Part shown: positions 1 to 10,316 of the stretch, in pieces
How the letters are laid out: each line of letters starts with the position of its first letter
Numbering within the stretch: the stretch's first letter is position 1
Assembly: GCA_049795175.1 (NCBI GenBank)
Contig: JBARDN010000330.1
Coordinates: forward strand, 1 to 60,086
Length of the DNA stretch: 60,086 nt
DNA from: Candidatus Binataceae bacterium
Lineage (GTDB): Bacteria > Desulfobacterota > Binatia > Binatales > Binataceae
Direction: 5' to 3'
The notes under the pieces: model-generated
What the model was told of the DNA's origin: nothing
The model's input: the letters and a program-made list of their open reading frames with translations, nothing else
The model's database searches: none
Translations under genes and position numbers: made by a program

Positions 1-410
1 TGCGCGTCGAGGAACTCGCCAAGCGTCGCCGCAGTCAGCATCGGCATGTCGCCGTATGCGATCAGCACGTCGCCGGCGTAGTCCGGCGGTAGCGCGGCAA
101 TGCCCGCGCGTGCGGCGTCGCCGGTGCCGCGCGGCTCGGCCTGAATCGCGATCGCGATTTGCGCGCTTGCGGCGGCTGCGCGCACCGCGGCCTCGACCTC
201 GCGCCCCTGGTAGCCGGTCACCGCGACGATCGGCGCTGCGCCTGCTGTCTCGAGTGCGCGGATTACCCGCGTGACCATCGCGGCGCCGCCAATCTCGTGC
301 AGAACTTTGGCCCGCGCCGAGCGCATCCGGGTGCCCAGTCCCGCAGCGAGCACGATCGCTGCGAGGCCGCCCTTCTCTATGCCCGAATCTTGCGCCATCG
401 ATTCAGTCAT
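1..410 (-). CDS. glmU: GlmU-type sugar-nucleotidyltransferase, N-terminal part only (gene continues past the window start)
   Basis: Own minus-strand translation from ATG 410: MTESMAQDSGIEKGGLAAIVLAAGLGTRMRSARAKVLHEIGGAAMV...IQAEPRGTGDAARAG...VLIAYGDMPML. The LAAGxGTRM, KVLH, GTG[HD]A and GDxP motifs are the GlmU/NTP-transferase signature. Absent from the ORF track because the window edge cuts it. Confidence 0.6.
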   Translation of the reverse strand, partial: MTESMAQDSGIEKGGLAAIVLAAGLGTRMRSARAKVLHEIGGAAMVTRVIRALETAGAAPIVAVTGYQGREVEAAVRAAAASAQIAIAIQAEPRGTGDAARAGIAALPPDYAGDVLIAYGDMPMLTAATLGEFLDA

Positions 411-416
411 CACTTG

Positions 417-851
417 CTAGTCGTACTCGTTGAAATCCGAGATCTTCCAGGTGCCGCCATCCTTGCGCGCGGTGATCATCCAATTTTTCTTGAATGAGCC
501 GCCCTCGGGGACGTCAATCGTCGCGCGGAACACGTACTGGATATGGTCGGGAGCGTCGCGCTCGGCTTTAAGCTTGTAGTGGATGACGGGCTTGCGCGTA
601 GTTTCATCGATCGCCTGGCCCTGGGTCAATTTCATTTCCTGATGCAGCTTGTCGAGCGCCAGGCCGGTGCATAGCGGTTCGGCGGCTTTGAGATCGATCG
701 CCATGTAGTGCGCGGTGATGAATCGATCGACGACGCCGCGCGGGCTGTTGAACTTGGTGCAGGCGGCTGCGGCGAAAACGGCGACCGCGAGCGCGAGCAT
801 CAGGGGTCTCAGGGGGTGATGGCGCTTCACGGCTCGTGACGGTGGCATCAT
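417..851 (-). CDS. Predicted lipoprotein, unknown function
   Basis: Track ORF 417..938. An internal start gives MMPPSRAVKRHHPLRPLMLALAVAVFAAAAC (signal peptide plus lipobox-like AAAC). It overlaps the upstream Zn-ribbon ORF by 4 nt, and its stop lies 6 nt before the glmU-like start. Confidence 0.55.
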   Translation of the reverse strand: MMPPSRAVKRHHPLRPLMLALAVAVFAAAACTKFNSPRGVVDRFITAHYMAIDLKAAEPLCTGLALDKLHQEMKLTQGQAIDETTRKPVIHYKLKAERDAPDHIQYVFRATIDVPEGGSFKKNWMITARKDGGTWKISDFNEYD

Positions 852-1123
852 TTCTTTTTGAACAACTCGTCCAGTGCTTTGCGCGCCGATGCCGGTTTTG
901 CGGCGGCGCGGTTTTTCCCCGGAGTGAAGTACTCGCAAAAGTTGGCGCGCTCCTTATCGACCACCCGATCTGCCATCGGCTCCCGGCACTGATTGTTGTA
1001 TGCCGGATCGAAAAATCCGCAGTTCCGGCACGCATGCTGCGCGCGGCCGCATCCGGAACAAACCTCGCGAAAACTCACGCGTTCGCGAACTTCGATTTCA
1101 CCGCCGCAGAAAAAACAGTTCAT
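848..1123 (-). CDS. Small cysteine-rich zinc-ribbon protein (91 aa), unknown function
   Basis: Inside track ORF 848..1405, starting at ATG 1123: MNCFFCGGEIEVRERVSFREVCSGCGRAQHACRNCGFFDPAYNNQCREPMADRVVDKERANFCEYF. It has several CxxC pairs and a basic C-terminal tail. Confidence 0.55.
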   Translation of the reverse strand: MNCFFCGGEIEVRERVSFREVCSGCGRAQHACRNCGFFDPAYNNQCREPMADRVVDKERANFCEYFTPGKNRAAAKPASARKALDELFKKK

Positions 1124-1204
1124 CGCGACGCTCTGCGCTACATTCCGTCCCAATCCGGAAAGCCGCGCTTTTTCAAGCACTTCGCCGCTGATAGCATAGC
1201 GGCT

Positions 1205-2134
1205 ATGGCACCCGCGCGCGAGACAATGCTGGACGCGATCGAGGCGTATGCCGCCGCGCTCGCTAACGCGGCGCGCGCCTCGGCGCATACCGTCGACAAC
1301 TACCGGCGCGACCTGATGGCGCTGCGCGGATTCATGCTCGAACGCGCAGCGGTGCTTGGGCGCAAAGAAAATGAAATCGATCCGGCGTCGATCACCTCCG
1401 ACCACATTCGTGCCTGGCTTTCAGACATGATGACAAAAAAGAAATATCAGCGTGCGACCGTGCAGCGGCGGTTCAGCGCGGCAAGGGCGTTTTTCAAATA
1501 TCGCGAGAATGCGGGCGCTGCCGCAAATCCCACGCGCACGATGCGCTCGCCCCGCTCGGAGCGGCACCTTCCGCTGGTTCTCGGACAGGAAGATGTCGGG
1601 AAGCTGATCGACCTGGACGGCGACGTGCATACGGCTGCCGCGCTGCGCGATCGCGCGATAGTCGAAACCCTCTACTCGACCGGGATCCGCGTGAGCGAGC
1701 TGGTGGGCCTTAACTGGCGCGATATCGACGAAGAAATCGGGATGCTCACGGTGCGTTCGGGCAAGGGCAACAAGGATCGCGTGGTGCCGATTGGAGAACC
1801 CGCGCTCGACGCGCTGATGGCGTGGCGGCGCGTGATGCCGATCGCATGGGAGGCCGAGGGTCCCGTGATTGTGAATCTGCGCGGCGCGCGGCTGACCACG
1901 CGCAGCGTGGAAAATATCGTGCGCGCTCGAATCACGCGCGCAGGAGTGCCGGTCGCCCTGACTCCGCACGGGCTGCGTCATTCGTTTGCAACGCATATGC
2001 TGGATAGTGGCGCCGACCTGCGCTCGATCCAGGAGATGCTCGGGCATGCGAGTCTTGCGACTACGCAGCGCTACACCCACGTCAGTATCAATCATCTAAA
2101 AAAGGTTTACCGGAGCTCGCATCCGCGTGCATGA
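1205..2134 (+). CDS. xerC: Tyrosine site-specific recombinase, XerC/XerD family
   Basis: Track ORF 836..2134; the conserved part begins at ATG 1205 ([19 protein letters not shown]). The C-terminal catalytic box is [39 protein letters not shown]. It lies directly upstream of hslV-hslU, the usual xerC position. XerC and XerD cannot be separated by eye. Confidence 0.8.
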   Translation: MAPARETMLDAIEAYAAALANAARASAHTVDNYRRDLMALRGFMLERAAVLGRKENEIDPASITSDHIRAWLSDMMTKKKYQRATVQRRFSAARAFFKYRENAGAAANPTRTMRSPRSERHLPLVLGQEDVGKLIDLDGDVHTAAALRDRAIVETLYSTGIRVSELVGLNWRDIDEEIGMLTVRSGKGNKDRVVPIGEPALDALMAWRRVMPIAWEAEGPVIVNLRGARLTTRSVENIVRARITRAGVPVALTPHGLRHSFATHMLDSGADLRSIQEMLGHASLATTQRYTHVSINHLKKVYRSSHPRA

Positions 2135-2163
2135 AGAACACGAGGGCGACGCCTGAAGGAAAA

Positions 2164-2697
2164 ATGAAAATCCGCAGCACAACGATTCTCAGCGTCCGCC
2201 ACGAGGGCAAGGTGGTGATGGCCGGCGACGGCCAGGTGAGCGCCGGACCGACTATCATGAAGAGCGGCGCGCGCAAGGTGCGTCGGCTGCACGGCGACCG
2301 GGTGCTGGCCGGCTTCGCGGGATCGACCGCCGACGGACTTACGCTGTTCGACAAATTTGAGAGCAAGCTCCAGGAGTATAACGGCGTGCTGAGGCGCGCC
2401 GCGGTCGAGCTGGCCAAGGACTGGCGCACCGACCGGGTGCTCCGCCGGCTGGAGGCGATGCTGGTGGTGGCCGACGCCGAGAGCTCGCTATTGCTGTCGG
2501 GCGTGGGCGACGTGATCGAGCCCGACGACGGCATCTTGGCGATCGGATCGGGCGGGAACTTTGCGCTCAGCGCGGCGCGCGCGCTGATGCGCCACAACGC
2601 GGGACTGTCGGCGCGGCAGATTGCGGAAGCGTCGCTAAAGATCGCATCCGAACTCTGCGTCTACACCAACGACCAATTTATTATCGAAGAGTTATAG
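2164..2697 (+). CDS. hslV: ATP-dependent protease subunit HslV
   Basis: [26 protein letters not shown]...[17 protein letters not shown] 2164 follows GAAGGA. An alternative ATG at 2131 overlaps the xerC stop (ATGA). Confidence 0.9.
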   Translation: MKIRSTTILSVRHEGKVVMAGDGQVSAGPTIMKSGARKVRRLHGDRVLAGFAGSTADGLTLFDKFESKLQEYNGVLRRAAVELAKDWRTDRVLRRLEAMLVVADAESSLLLSGVGDVIEPDDGILAIGSGGNFALSAARALMRHNAGLSARQIAEASLKIASELCVYTNDQFIIEEL

Positions 2698-2778
2698 GCA
2701 CGCGGCCAAATCGCGATTAGTGTTTGACTTGCAGGCGTGCGCCACGGCCGCCCACACGAATTTATCGCAAACCTAAAG

Positions 2779-4152
2779 ATGGCAGTTCCACAGGTAATGA
2801 CCCCGCGCGAGATCGTCTCCGAACTCGATCGGTATATCATCGGCCAGCATGACGCGAAACGCGCCGTCGCGATCGCGTTGCGCAACCGATGGCGACGGCA
2901 GAACGTCGCGCCCGACCTGCGCGACGAGATCGCACCCAAGAACATCTTGATGATTGGCCCCACCGGCGTGGGCAAGACGGAAATCGCGCGGCGGCTGGCC
3001 AAGCTCGCGCAGGCGCCGTTCGTCAAAGTCGAAGCCTCGCGCTACACCGAGGTTGGATACGTCGGACGCGATGTCGAATCGATGATCCGGGACCTCGCGG
3101 AGATTTCGGTCAAAATGGTGCGCGAGGAAGAGCGTAGCCGCGTCAAGGTGAAGGCGCGTGAGAATGCCGAAGAGCGGCTGCTCGATCTGCTGTTTCCGCC
3201 GCCGACAAAAACGCGCCGTCCGGCGGGTATTACACCCGAAGGGAATTTCGAGTCCGGCGACGGCGATTCGCATCGCGACACCCGCGAGAAGCTCCGCAAA
3301 CTCCTCGCGCAGGGGCATCTCAATGAACGCGAGGTCGAGATCGAGGTCTCGGCCAATGCGACTCCGATGGTCGAAGTGTTCACGCCGCAGGGCATGGAAG
3401 AGATGGGATTCAACATGAAGGATCTCATGAGCCAGATCATGCCCAAGAAGACGCATCATCGTAAGGTGAAAATTCCCGAGGCGCTCGAAATCCTGATCCA
3501 GGAAGAAGCCGCGCGGCTGGTGGATATGGAGGCGGTTGCGCACGAAGCAATCAATCGCGCCGAGCAATCGGGAATCGTGTTTATCGATGAGATCGACAAG
3601 ATCGCCGGACGCGAGGCCGGCCGCGGTCCCGATGTCTCGCGCGAGGGCGTGCAGCGCGACCTGCTGCCAATCGTCGAGGGCTCGACCGTCAACACGAAGT
3701 ATGGCGCGGTGCGCACCGACCATATTCTGTTCGTGGCGTCGGGCGCGTTTCACACCAGCAAGCCTTCCGACCTGATTCCCGAGTTCCAGGGGCGCTTTCC
3801 GATCCGCGTCGAGTTGAAGGCGCTCGCGCGCGAGGACTTTATCCGCATCCTGACCGAGCCGGAAAATTCGCTGACCCGCCAATACGTGGCGCTGATGGCG
3901 ACCGAGGGACTGCGGCTCACTTTTACCGACGACTCGGTGGCGGCGCTGGCCGAGATCGCGGCGCAGGTCAACGACCGGACCGAAAATATCGGTGCGCGGC
4001 GCCTGCACACCGTCCTCGAGCGGCTGCTCGAAGAGATTTCCTTCAACGCGCCGGAGCTCGGCGACCGCGATCTGACAATCGACGCGGGCTACGTCCACGA
4101 ACACCTGGATCCAATACTCAAGGACGAGGACCTTTCGCGCTACATCCTGTAA
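2779..4152 (+). CDS. hslU: ATP-dependent protease ATPase subunit HslU
   Basis: [40 protein letters not shown]; Walker [16 protein letters not shown]; Walker [11 protein letters not shown]; C-terminal DLSRYIL. Confidence 0.95.
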   Translation: MAVPQVMTPREIVSELDRYIIGQHDAKRAVAIALRNRWRRQNVAPDLRDEIAPKNILMIGPTGVGKTEIARRLAKLAQAPFVKVEASRYTEVGYVGRDVESMIRDLAEISVKMVREEERSRVKVKARENAEERLLDLLFPPPTKTRRPAGITPEGNFESGDGDSHRDTREKLRKLLAQGHLNEREVEIEVSANATPMVEVFTPQGMEEMGFNMKDLMSQIMPKKTHHRKVKIPEALEILIQEEAARLVDMEAVAHEAINRAEQSGIVFIDEIDKIAGREAGRGPDVSREGVQRDLLPIVEGSTVNTKYGAVRTDHILFVASGAFHTSKPSDLIPEFQGRFPIRVELKALAREDFIRILTEPENSLTRQYVALMATEGLRLTFTDDSVAALAEIAAQVNDRTENIGARRLHTVLERLLEEISFNAPELGDRDLTIDAGYVHEHLDPILKDEDLSRYIL

Positions 4153-4243
4153 TGTCGAAGTACTATAGCTGCCCGTCATGTGTACGGGAGGCCAAACGGG
4201 GCGATCGGGTGGTAATTGCGCCGCACGCGCAAGCCTGTTTTGA

Positions 4244-5221
4244 TTGCCACTTACGGCGGCCTCGCCGCCGCCACCGGATGGACTGGACGGAGATCACGTG
4301 ACCAAAGATCTGATCGCTCGGGCCGAAATTCTGATCGAGGCGCTGCCCTTTATCCGGCGCTTTCGCGGCCAGACTTTTGTCATCAAGTATGGCGGCCATG
4401 CAATGCAATCCGACGAGCTGCGTTCAGGCTTCGCCGAGGATGTGGTGCTGCTCGACCTGGTTGGCATCAACCCGGTAGTGGTGCACGGCGGCGGTCCGCA
4501 GATAAGCGAGCTTATCGGGAAGCTCGGGCTCAAATCTCACTTCGTGCGCGGGATGCGCGTGACCGACGCGGCCACGATGGAAGCAGCCGAAATGGTCCTC
4601 CAGAGGATCAACAAGGATATCGTCGCGATGCTCTCGCGCCACGGCGGCCGCGCGGTCGGGTTGTCGGGAAAGGACGGCGACCTGATCGTCTCGCGTAAGA
4701 TGCAGATGGTCGTCAAGGATGAGAGCGGGCGCAAGAGCGAGGTCGATATCGGCCTGGTGGGCGAAGTCGATCAAATCAATCCCGAAATCATCCGGACGCT
4801 CGACGCGGCGAATTTCATTCCCGTGATCGCGCCAACCGGAGTGGGCCGCGACGGCCAGACTTACAATATCAACGCCGACGTGGCGGCGGGCGAGATCGCG
4901 GCGGCGCTGAACGCCGCAAAGCTGATCCTGCTGAGCGACGTCGAGGGCGTGAAGGATCGCGACGGCAAGCTCATCTCGACGCTTGACGCGGCCGAAGCGC
5001 GCCGGATGATCGCACGCGGCGTGATTCAGGAAGGGATGATTCCCAAGGTCGAATGCTGCATCGCCGCTCTGGCCAAGGGCGTCAGCAAGACCCACATTCT
5101 CGACGGGCGTGTGCGCCATGCGGTGCTGCTCGAAATTTTCACGCGCATGGGAGTCGGAACCGAAGTGGTGCAACGCCGGGCTCGCGTCGCGGACCTTGCG
5201 CGCAGCAAGAAGAACGCCTGA
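4244..5221 (+). CDS. argB: Acetylglutamate kinase
   Basis: AEILIEALPFIRRFRGQTFVIKYGGHAM, VVVHGGGPQI, YNINAD. The start is uncertain: an N-terminal Pro-rich extension is present, and GTG near 4298 is possible. Confidence 0.9.
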   Translation: MPLTAASPPPPDGLDGDHVTKDLIARAEILIEALPFIRRFRGQTFVIKYGGHAMQSDELRSGFAEDVVLLDLVGINPVVVHGGGPQISELIGKLGLKSHFVRGMRVTDAATMEAAEMVLQRINKDIVAMLSRHGGRAVGLSGKDGDLIVSRKMQMVVKDESGRKSEVDIGLVGEVDQINPEIIRTLDAANFIPVIAPTGVGRDGQTYNINADVAAGEIAAALNAAKLILLSDVEGVKDRDGKLISTLDAAEARRMIARGVIQEGMIPKVECCIAALAKGVSKTHILDGRVRHAVLLEIFTRMGVGTEVVQRRARVADLARSKKNA

Positions 5222-5243
5222 GGAGTCGGATGGCTACATCACG

Positions 5244-6443
5244 ATGAACAACGCGGAAATTGTCGAACTGGCGCATCGCAACATGGTGGACATCTACGGA
5301 TGCCTGCCGATCGCGTTCGTGCGCGGGCATGGCGCGTACCTCTTCGATGCCGATGGAAATCGCTACCTCGATTTTTTTTGCGGTCTTGCGGTGACCAGCC
5401 TCGGCCATGGGCATCCGCGCGTCGTCCGCGCGATCAAGGAGCAAGCCGAAAAGCTGACGCACGTATCGAACGTGTTTCATACCGAACCCACCGCGCGATT
5501 GGCCGAGCGCCTGGCGACGCGCTTTGGCGGCGCGAAAGTGTTCTTCGGAAATTCGGGAGCAGAGGCCAACGAGGCCGCGATCAAGCTCGCTCGCAAATGG
5601 GGCCACAGAGACGGCGGTGGACGCTACGAGATAATCGCGACGCTGGGTTCGTTTCACGGACGCACGCTGGCGACGCTCAGCGCGACCGGCCAGGAGAAGT
5701 ATCATCAGGGGTTTCAGCCGCTGGTGCCGGGTTTCCGCCTTGCGCCGTTCGACGATATTGCGGCGATCGAGCGCACGATTCACGACGAAACCGTCGGCGT
5801 GATGGTCGAGCCGATCCAGGGCGAGGGCGGCGTAGTCATACCGCATCCCGACTACCTGAGCCGCCTGCGCGATTTCTGCGACCGCCGCGGAATATTGATG
5901 ATCCTCGATGAAATTCAAACCGGGGTAGGCCGCACGGGAAAATTTTTCGCCTTCGAGCACGCGCGCATCAAGCCTGACATCGTGACTCTGGCCAAAGCGC
6001 TCGCGGGCGGAGTTCCGATCGGCGCGATGATCGCGAAAAACGAAGTTGCGTCCGCGTTCACGCCCAGCAGCCACGGCACCACGTTCGGCGGAAACCCGAT
6101 TGCGTGCAGCGCGGGACTGGCGGTTTTGGACGCGATCGATCAGGAGGGAATTCTCGACAACGCAACCACCGTCGGCGCATATATGCTCGAACGCCTGCGC
6201 GAGATCGGCAAGAGCTGCGACAGCGTGGTCGAGGTTCGCGGCCTCGGTATGATCATCGGCGTGGTGCTGAAGGGCGATCCGCGTCCCGTCGTGGATGCGT
6301 GCCTTAAAGACCAGCTACTGGTCAATGGAACTGCCGGCCACATCCTGCGCCTGCTGCCGCCGCTGAATCTCACGCGCGAGGAGGCGGACATCGGCCTCAA
6401 GATAATCGAGAAGGCGCTCCACAGCGCGCAGGCTGCGTCGTGA
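5244..6443 (+). CDS. argD: Acetylornithine aminotransferase (class III PLP aminotransferase)
   Basis: Track ORF 5109..6443; the conserved part starts at ATG 5244 (MNNAEIVELAHRNMVDIYG). Motifs: GNSGAEANEAAIKLARK, LILDEIQTGVGRTGKFFA, TLAKALAGG. Lies between argB and argF. Confidence 0.85.
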   Translation: MNNAEIVELAHRNMVDIYGCLPIAFVRGHGAYLFDADGNRYLDFFCGLAVTSLGHGHPRVVRAIKEQAEKLTHVSNVFHTEPTARLAERLATRFGGAKVFFGNSGAEANEAAIKLARKWGHRDGGGRYEIIATLGSFHGRTLATLSATGQEKYHQGFQPLVPGFRLAPFDDIAAIERTIHDETVGVMVEPIQGEGGVVIPHPDYLSRLRDFCDRRGILMILDEIQTGVGRTGKFFAFEHARIKPDIVTLAKALAGGVPIGAMIAKNEVASAFTPSSHGTTFGGNPIACSAGLAVLDAIDQEGILDNATTVGAYMLERLREIGKSCDSVVEVRGLGMIIGVVLKGDPRPVVDACLKDQLLVNGTAGHILRLLPPLNLTREEADIGLKIIEKALHSAQAAS

Positions 6444-7438
6444 GTGCTGCGGCTCAAAAGGGACGTATCGCACCACAGCCGGAGACTCGCGCCAAGCGCG
6501 ATTTTCTGGACATGTCGTCGGTGAGCACCGGCGAACTGAGCGGCCTGCTTGCGCTCGCTGCGCGGCTCAAGGCCGAGCTCAAGTCGGGCATCGAGCATCC
6601 TTACCTGCGCGGGCGAACGCTTGCGATGATTTTTCAGAAGCCATCGCTGCGCACGCGAATTACCTTCGAGACCGGAATGGCGCAGCTCGGCGGCCACGCG
6701 ATCTACCTGGCGCCCAATGATATCGGAATCGGCGAACGTGAGACGGTCAAGGACGTGGCGCGAAATCTCTCGCGGGTCGTTGATTTGATCATGATTCGGA
6801 CGTTCGCGCACGCGAACTGCGTGGAGATGGCGCGCGAGGCGTCGGTGCCGGTCATCAACGGGCTCAGCGATTTGCTGCATCCATGCCAGGTACTGGCGGA
6901 TCTGCAAACCCTGCAAGAGCATTTCGGCCGCGATATTTCAAAGCTCAAGATCGCGTGGGTCGGTGACGGATTCAACATGGCGCAGAGCTGGATCGAAGCG
7001 GCGGCGCTTTTGGGATTCGAGTTACGCGTGGCGGTACCGCGCGGCTACGAACCGGAAAAAAGTTTCCTCGAACGCATGCGGCGCGAGGAGATCGGAATTG
7101 TGACCAGCGATCCGATCAAAGCCGTGACGGACGCTGACGTGATTTACACCGACACGTGGACCTCAATGGGACGTGAAAAAGAAGCGTCGCAACGCCGGCG
7201 CGACTTCAAGGATTTCCAGGTGAACGGCGCGCTGGTTCCCCACGCGTCGAAGGAAGCATTGGTGATGCACTGCCTGCCGGCGCATCGCGGGGAGGAAATC
7301 ACCGACGAGGTGATCGACGGTCCTCGCTCGATCGTGCTCGAACAGGCGGAGAATCGGCTTCATGCGCAGAAGGCCGTGATGGTCTGGCTGCTGCGTCCGG
7401 AGGTTCTGGCGTATGCGGCGCCGGCGCGTGGCGAGTGA
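6440..7438 (+). CDS. argF: Ornithine carbamoyltransferase
   Basis: SLRTRITFE, HPCQVLADLQTL, DTWTSMG, HCLPAHRGEE. The GTG start overlaps the argD stop (GTGA). Confidence 0.9.
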   Translation: MSAAAQKGRIAPQPETRAKRDFLDMSSVSTGELSGLLALAARLKAELKSGIEHPYLRGRTLAMIFQKPSLRTRITFETGMAQLGGHAIYLAPNDIGIGERETVKDVARNLSRVVDLIMIRTFAHANCVEMAREASVPVINGLSDLLHPCQVLADLQTLQEHFGRDISKLKIAWVGDGFNMAQSWIEAAALLGFELRVAVPRGYEPEKSFLERMRREEIGIVTSDPIKAVTDADVIYTDTWTSMGREKEASQRRRDFKDFQVNGALVPHASKEALVMHCLPAHRGEEITDEVIDGPRSIVLEQAENRLHAQKAVMVWLLRPEVLAYAAPARGE

Positions 7439-7456
7439 TTTAATCGAATAGAAAAG

Positions 7457-8695
7457 ATGGCGACCGAAAAAATCAAAAAGCTGGTGCTGGCCTATTCCGG
7501 CGGGCTGGACACGTCAGTAATCCTGCGCTGGATCAAGGATCAGTTCGGATGCGAGGTCATCGCATACTGCGCTGATGTTGGACAAGCGGAGGAAACCGTC
7601 GGGCTTGAGAAAAAAGCGCTGGCCACCGGTGCGAGCAAATTCATTCTGGCCGACCTGCGCGAGGAATTCGCGCGCGATTTTGTGTTTCCGATGATGCGCG
7701 CGAACGCCGTCTATGAGGGCTATTATCTGCTCGGAACGTCGATCGCGCGTCCGGTAATTGCGAAGCGGCAAGTCGAAATCGCGCATGCCGAAAGCGCCGA
7801 CGCCGTTGCCCACGGCGCTACCGGCAAGGGCAACGATCAGGTCCGTTACGAGTTGACGATCGCGCGGCTCGCGCCGGAGCTCAAGATAATCGCGCCGTGG
7901 CGCCGCGCCGACTGGACCTTCAAGGGCCGCGCGGACATGATCGCCTACGCCAACGAAAAAAAGATTCCTATCTCGGTCACAACCGAAAAGCCCTATTCGA
8001 TGGATCGCAACCTGGTGCATATCAGTTACGAGGGTGGGATCCTTGAGGACCCGTGGCGCGAGCCCTACAACGACATGTTTCACCTGACGGTTGCGCCCGA
8101 GAACGCGCCCGATGCGCCAGAGTACGCCGAGATCGAGTACGCGGCGGGAAATCCGATCGCTATCAACGGTGAAAAACTTTCGCCCGCGAAGATCATCGAA
8201 CGCGCCAACGAAATCGCCGGACGCCACGGCGTCGGCCGCGTCGATATGGTCGAGAACCGCTATGTCGGAATCAAATCGCGCGGCGTGTACGAAACCCCGG
8301 GTGTCACGATGCTTACGCATGGGCATCGCGGCGTCGAGCAGTTGACGCTCGATCGCGAAGTGATGCATTTGCGCGACTCGCTGGTCTCGCGCTACGCCGA
8401 GATGGTGTATTACGGCTACTGGTTCGCACCCGAGCGCGAGGCGCTGCAGACGCTTATCGACGCCACGCAGCGCGACGTGAACGGCGTCGCGCGAGTGAAG
8501 CTGTACAAGGGTGCGGCGACAATCGCGGGGCGCAAATCTGAGAATTCGCTCTACGATCCCGCGATCGCGAGTTTCGAAGAGGCGGGTGGTTACAATCAGT
8601 CCGACGCCGAGGGGTTCATCCGTATTGCGGGCACCCGGTTGCGCGCGCTGGCGCGTGTTCGCGGCGAGGGCGCAAAGGGCCGCGCGGAGAAGTGA
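7457..8695 (+). CDS. argG: Argininosuccinate synthase
   Basis: [44 protein letters not shown]. Confidence 0.95.
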   Translation: MATEKIKKLVLAYSGGLDTSVILRWIKDQFGCEVIAYCADVGQAEETVGLEKKALATGASKFILADLREEFARDFVFPMMRANAVYEGYYLLGTSIARPVIAKRQVEIAHAESADAVAHGATGKGNDQVRYELTIARLAPELKIIAPWRRADWTFKGRADMIAYANEKKIPISVTTEKPYSMDRNLVHISYEGGILEDPWREPYNDMFHLTVAPENAPDAPEYAEIEYAAGNPIAINGEKLSPAKIIERANEIAGRHGVGRVDMVENRYVGIKSRGVYETPGVTMLTHGHRGVEQLTLDREVMHLRDSLVSRYAEMVYYGYWFAPEREALQTLIDATQRDVNGVARVKLYKGAATIAGRKSENSLYDPAIASFEEAGGYNQSDAEGFIRIAGTRLRALARVRGEGAKGRAEK

Positions 8696-8698
8696 GAC

Positions 8699-8875
8699 TT
8701 GGGCAAGGTCATCCAGTTCCGGCCGCCGAAAACGCAGCCGAAGTTGGTGCCCCGAATTCGGTCGGGGCATTGCCCCACCTGCCTGCACAAAATGGACGTG
8801 CATATCGTTCATCCCGACGGCACCATGAGCTGCTCGGCGCGGGGATGCCTGTGCCGCACCCGCCGTTCCGAATAA
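8699..8875 (+). CDS. Candidate small Cys-rich (zinc-ribbon-like) protein, 58 aa, TTG start
   Basis: Own translation: LGKVIQFRPPKTQPKLVPRIRSGHCPTCLHKMDVHIVHPDGTMSCSARGCLCRTRRSE*. Third codon positions are mostly G/C, like neighbouring genes. The overlapping track ORF 8692..8922 has many A/T third positions. It fills the argG-argH gap. Confidence 0.35.
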   Translation: MGKVIQFRPPKTQPKLVPRIRSGHCPTCLHKMDVHIVHPDGTMSCSARGCLCRTRRSE

Positions 8876-8891
8876 CCGGGCTTGCGCCGCA

Positions 8892-10316
8892 ATGCGCCGC
8901 AAAGGCATCTTCGCGACGGTGAAGAAAATCCGAATCAAGCCGGCGAGGTCCACCGCATCCAACCTGATCCGAGGAAGGTTTGCGCGCGGGCGGCTGCCCG
9001 AGGTCGAGGCGTTCACCGCGTCGCTGCCGTTCGACCGGCGGCTCTTCCGGCATGATATTCGGGGATCGATCGCACATGCGCGAATGCTTGGGAAGGTGCG
9101 GCTCATACGCGCCTCGGAAGCGCGCGCGATTGAGCGCGGGCTCAAAGAAATCGAACGTGAGATAGATGCAGGGCGATTTCGCTTCGATATCGGCGACGAG
9201 GATATTCATCTCGCAATCGAGCGCCGGCTGATCGTGAAGATCGGCGCCGCGGGGCGCAAACTGCATACCGCGCGCTCGCGCAACGATCAGGTCGCACTCG
9301 ACTTCCGCCTCTATCTGCGCGACGAACTGTGCGAGGTGATCGCGATCGTCGGCGAATTGCGCACCGCGCTCATCCGCGTGGCGCGCCGCCACGTTGAAAC
9401 CGTGATGCCCGGCTACACGCACTTGCAGCGCGCGCAGCCGGTCTCGCTCGCGCATCATCTGCTCGCCTACGTAGAGATGCTGACGCGCGACGGCGAACGC
9501 TTTGCGCAGGCTTTGGCGCGCACCGACGTGATGCCGCTCGGCGCGGGTGCGCTGGCCGCGACCACGCTGCCGATCGATCGCGCGATGGTTGCGCGCGAGC
9601 TTGGGTTTGCGCGAATTACCGCCAACAGTATCGACGCGGTTTCGGATCGCGACTTTGCGGTCGATTTCCTGTCCGCCGCCGCGCTGCTGTCGGTGCATCT
9701 ATCGCGGATGAGCGAGGAGCTGATCCTGTGGACTTCGAGCGAGTTCGGGTTTGCCTCGATTCCCGACGAATTTTCGACCGGCAGCTCGATGATGCCGCAG
9801 AAGAAGAATCCTGATCTGGCCGAGTTGATCCGCGGCAAGAGCGGCCGTGTGATCGGCGACCTGATCGCGATGCTGACGATCCTGAAGGGGCTTCCGCTCG
9901 CGTACAACTCCGACTTGCAGGAAGACAAGGAGCGCGTCTTTGATGCGCTCGACACGATCAAGCCGGCCACGCGGCTGATGGCGAAGCTTTGGCCGGATAT
10001 ACGTTTCGACCGTGCCGCGATGCGCGCGGCGGCGGGAGGATTCGCGCTCGCAACCGACCTGGCGGAATATCTGGTGGAAAAGGGCGTAGCGTTTCGCGAG
10101 GCGCACGAGATCGTCGGGCGAATCGTGCGCGAGACCGCGGCCTCCGGCGCTACACTCGAGGACCTGGAGCATCGCGATCTGCGGCGCTATTCGGAGGCAT
10201 TCAAGGCCGACGCTGCCGGGATTCTGCGCGCGGAAAATTCGCTGGCGCGGCGCTCGGTTGCCGGAGGGCCGGCGCCCGACACGGTCAGGCGGCGGCTCAA
10301 AGAGTTTAAGCGATGA
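8892..10316 (+). CDS. argH: Argininosuccinate lyase
   Basis: SLPFDRRLFRHDIRGSIAHARML, GYTHLQRAQP, GSSMMPQKKNPD. The exact start is uncertain. Confidence 0.95.
   Translation: MRRKGIFATVKKIRIKPARSTASNLIRGRFARGRLPEVEAFTASLPFDRRLFRHDIRGSIAHARMLGKVRLIRASEARAIERGLKEIEREIDAGRFRFDIGDEDIHLAIERRLIVKIGAAGRKLHTARSRNDQVALDFRLYLRDELCEVIAIVGELRTALIRVARRHVETVMPGYTHLQRAQPVSLAHHLLAYVEMLTRDGERFAQALARTDVMPLGAGALAATTLPIDRAMVARELGFARITANSIDAVSDRDFAVDFLSAAALLSVHLSRMSEELILWTSSEFGFASIPDEFSTGSSMMPQKKNPDLAELIRGKSGRVIGDLIAMLTILKGLPLAYNSDLQEDKERVFDALDTIKPATRLMAKLWPDIRFDRAAMRAAAGGFALATDLAEYLVEKGVAFREAHEIVGRIVRETAASGATLEDLEHRDLRRYSEAFKADAAGILRAENSLARRSVAGGPAPDTVRRRLKEFKR

Noticed and set aside
1205-2134. Tyrosine recombinase as a marker of an integrated mobile element
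   Set aside because: It sits in the conserved xerC-hslV-hslU context with translational coupling. No att-like repeats, phage or IS genes are nearby, so it is most likely the housekeeping chromosome-dimer resolvase.
2773-4179. 468-aa ORF antisense to hslU
   Set aside because: It exactly shadows a confidently identified gene. The product is Arg/Ala/Leu-rich with no recognisable motif, which is a typical high-GC antisense open frame.
7514-9145. 543-aa ORF antisense to argG and the argG-argH junction
   Set aside because: It shadows argG, has no motifs, and would conflict with two well-supported genes.
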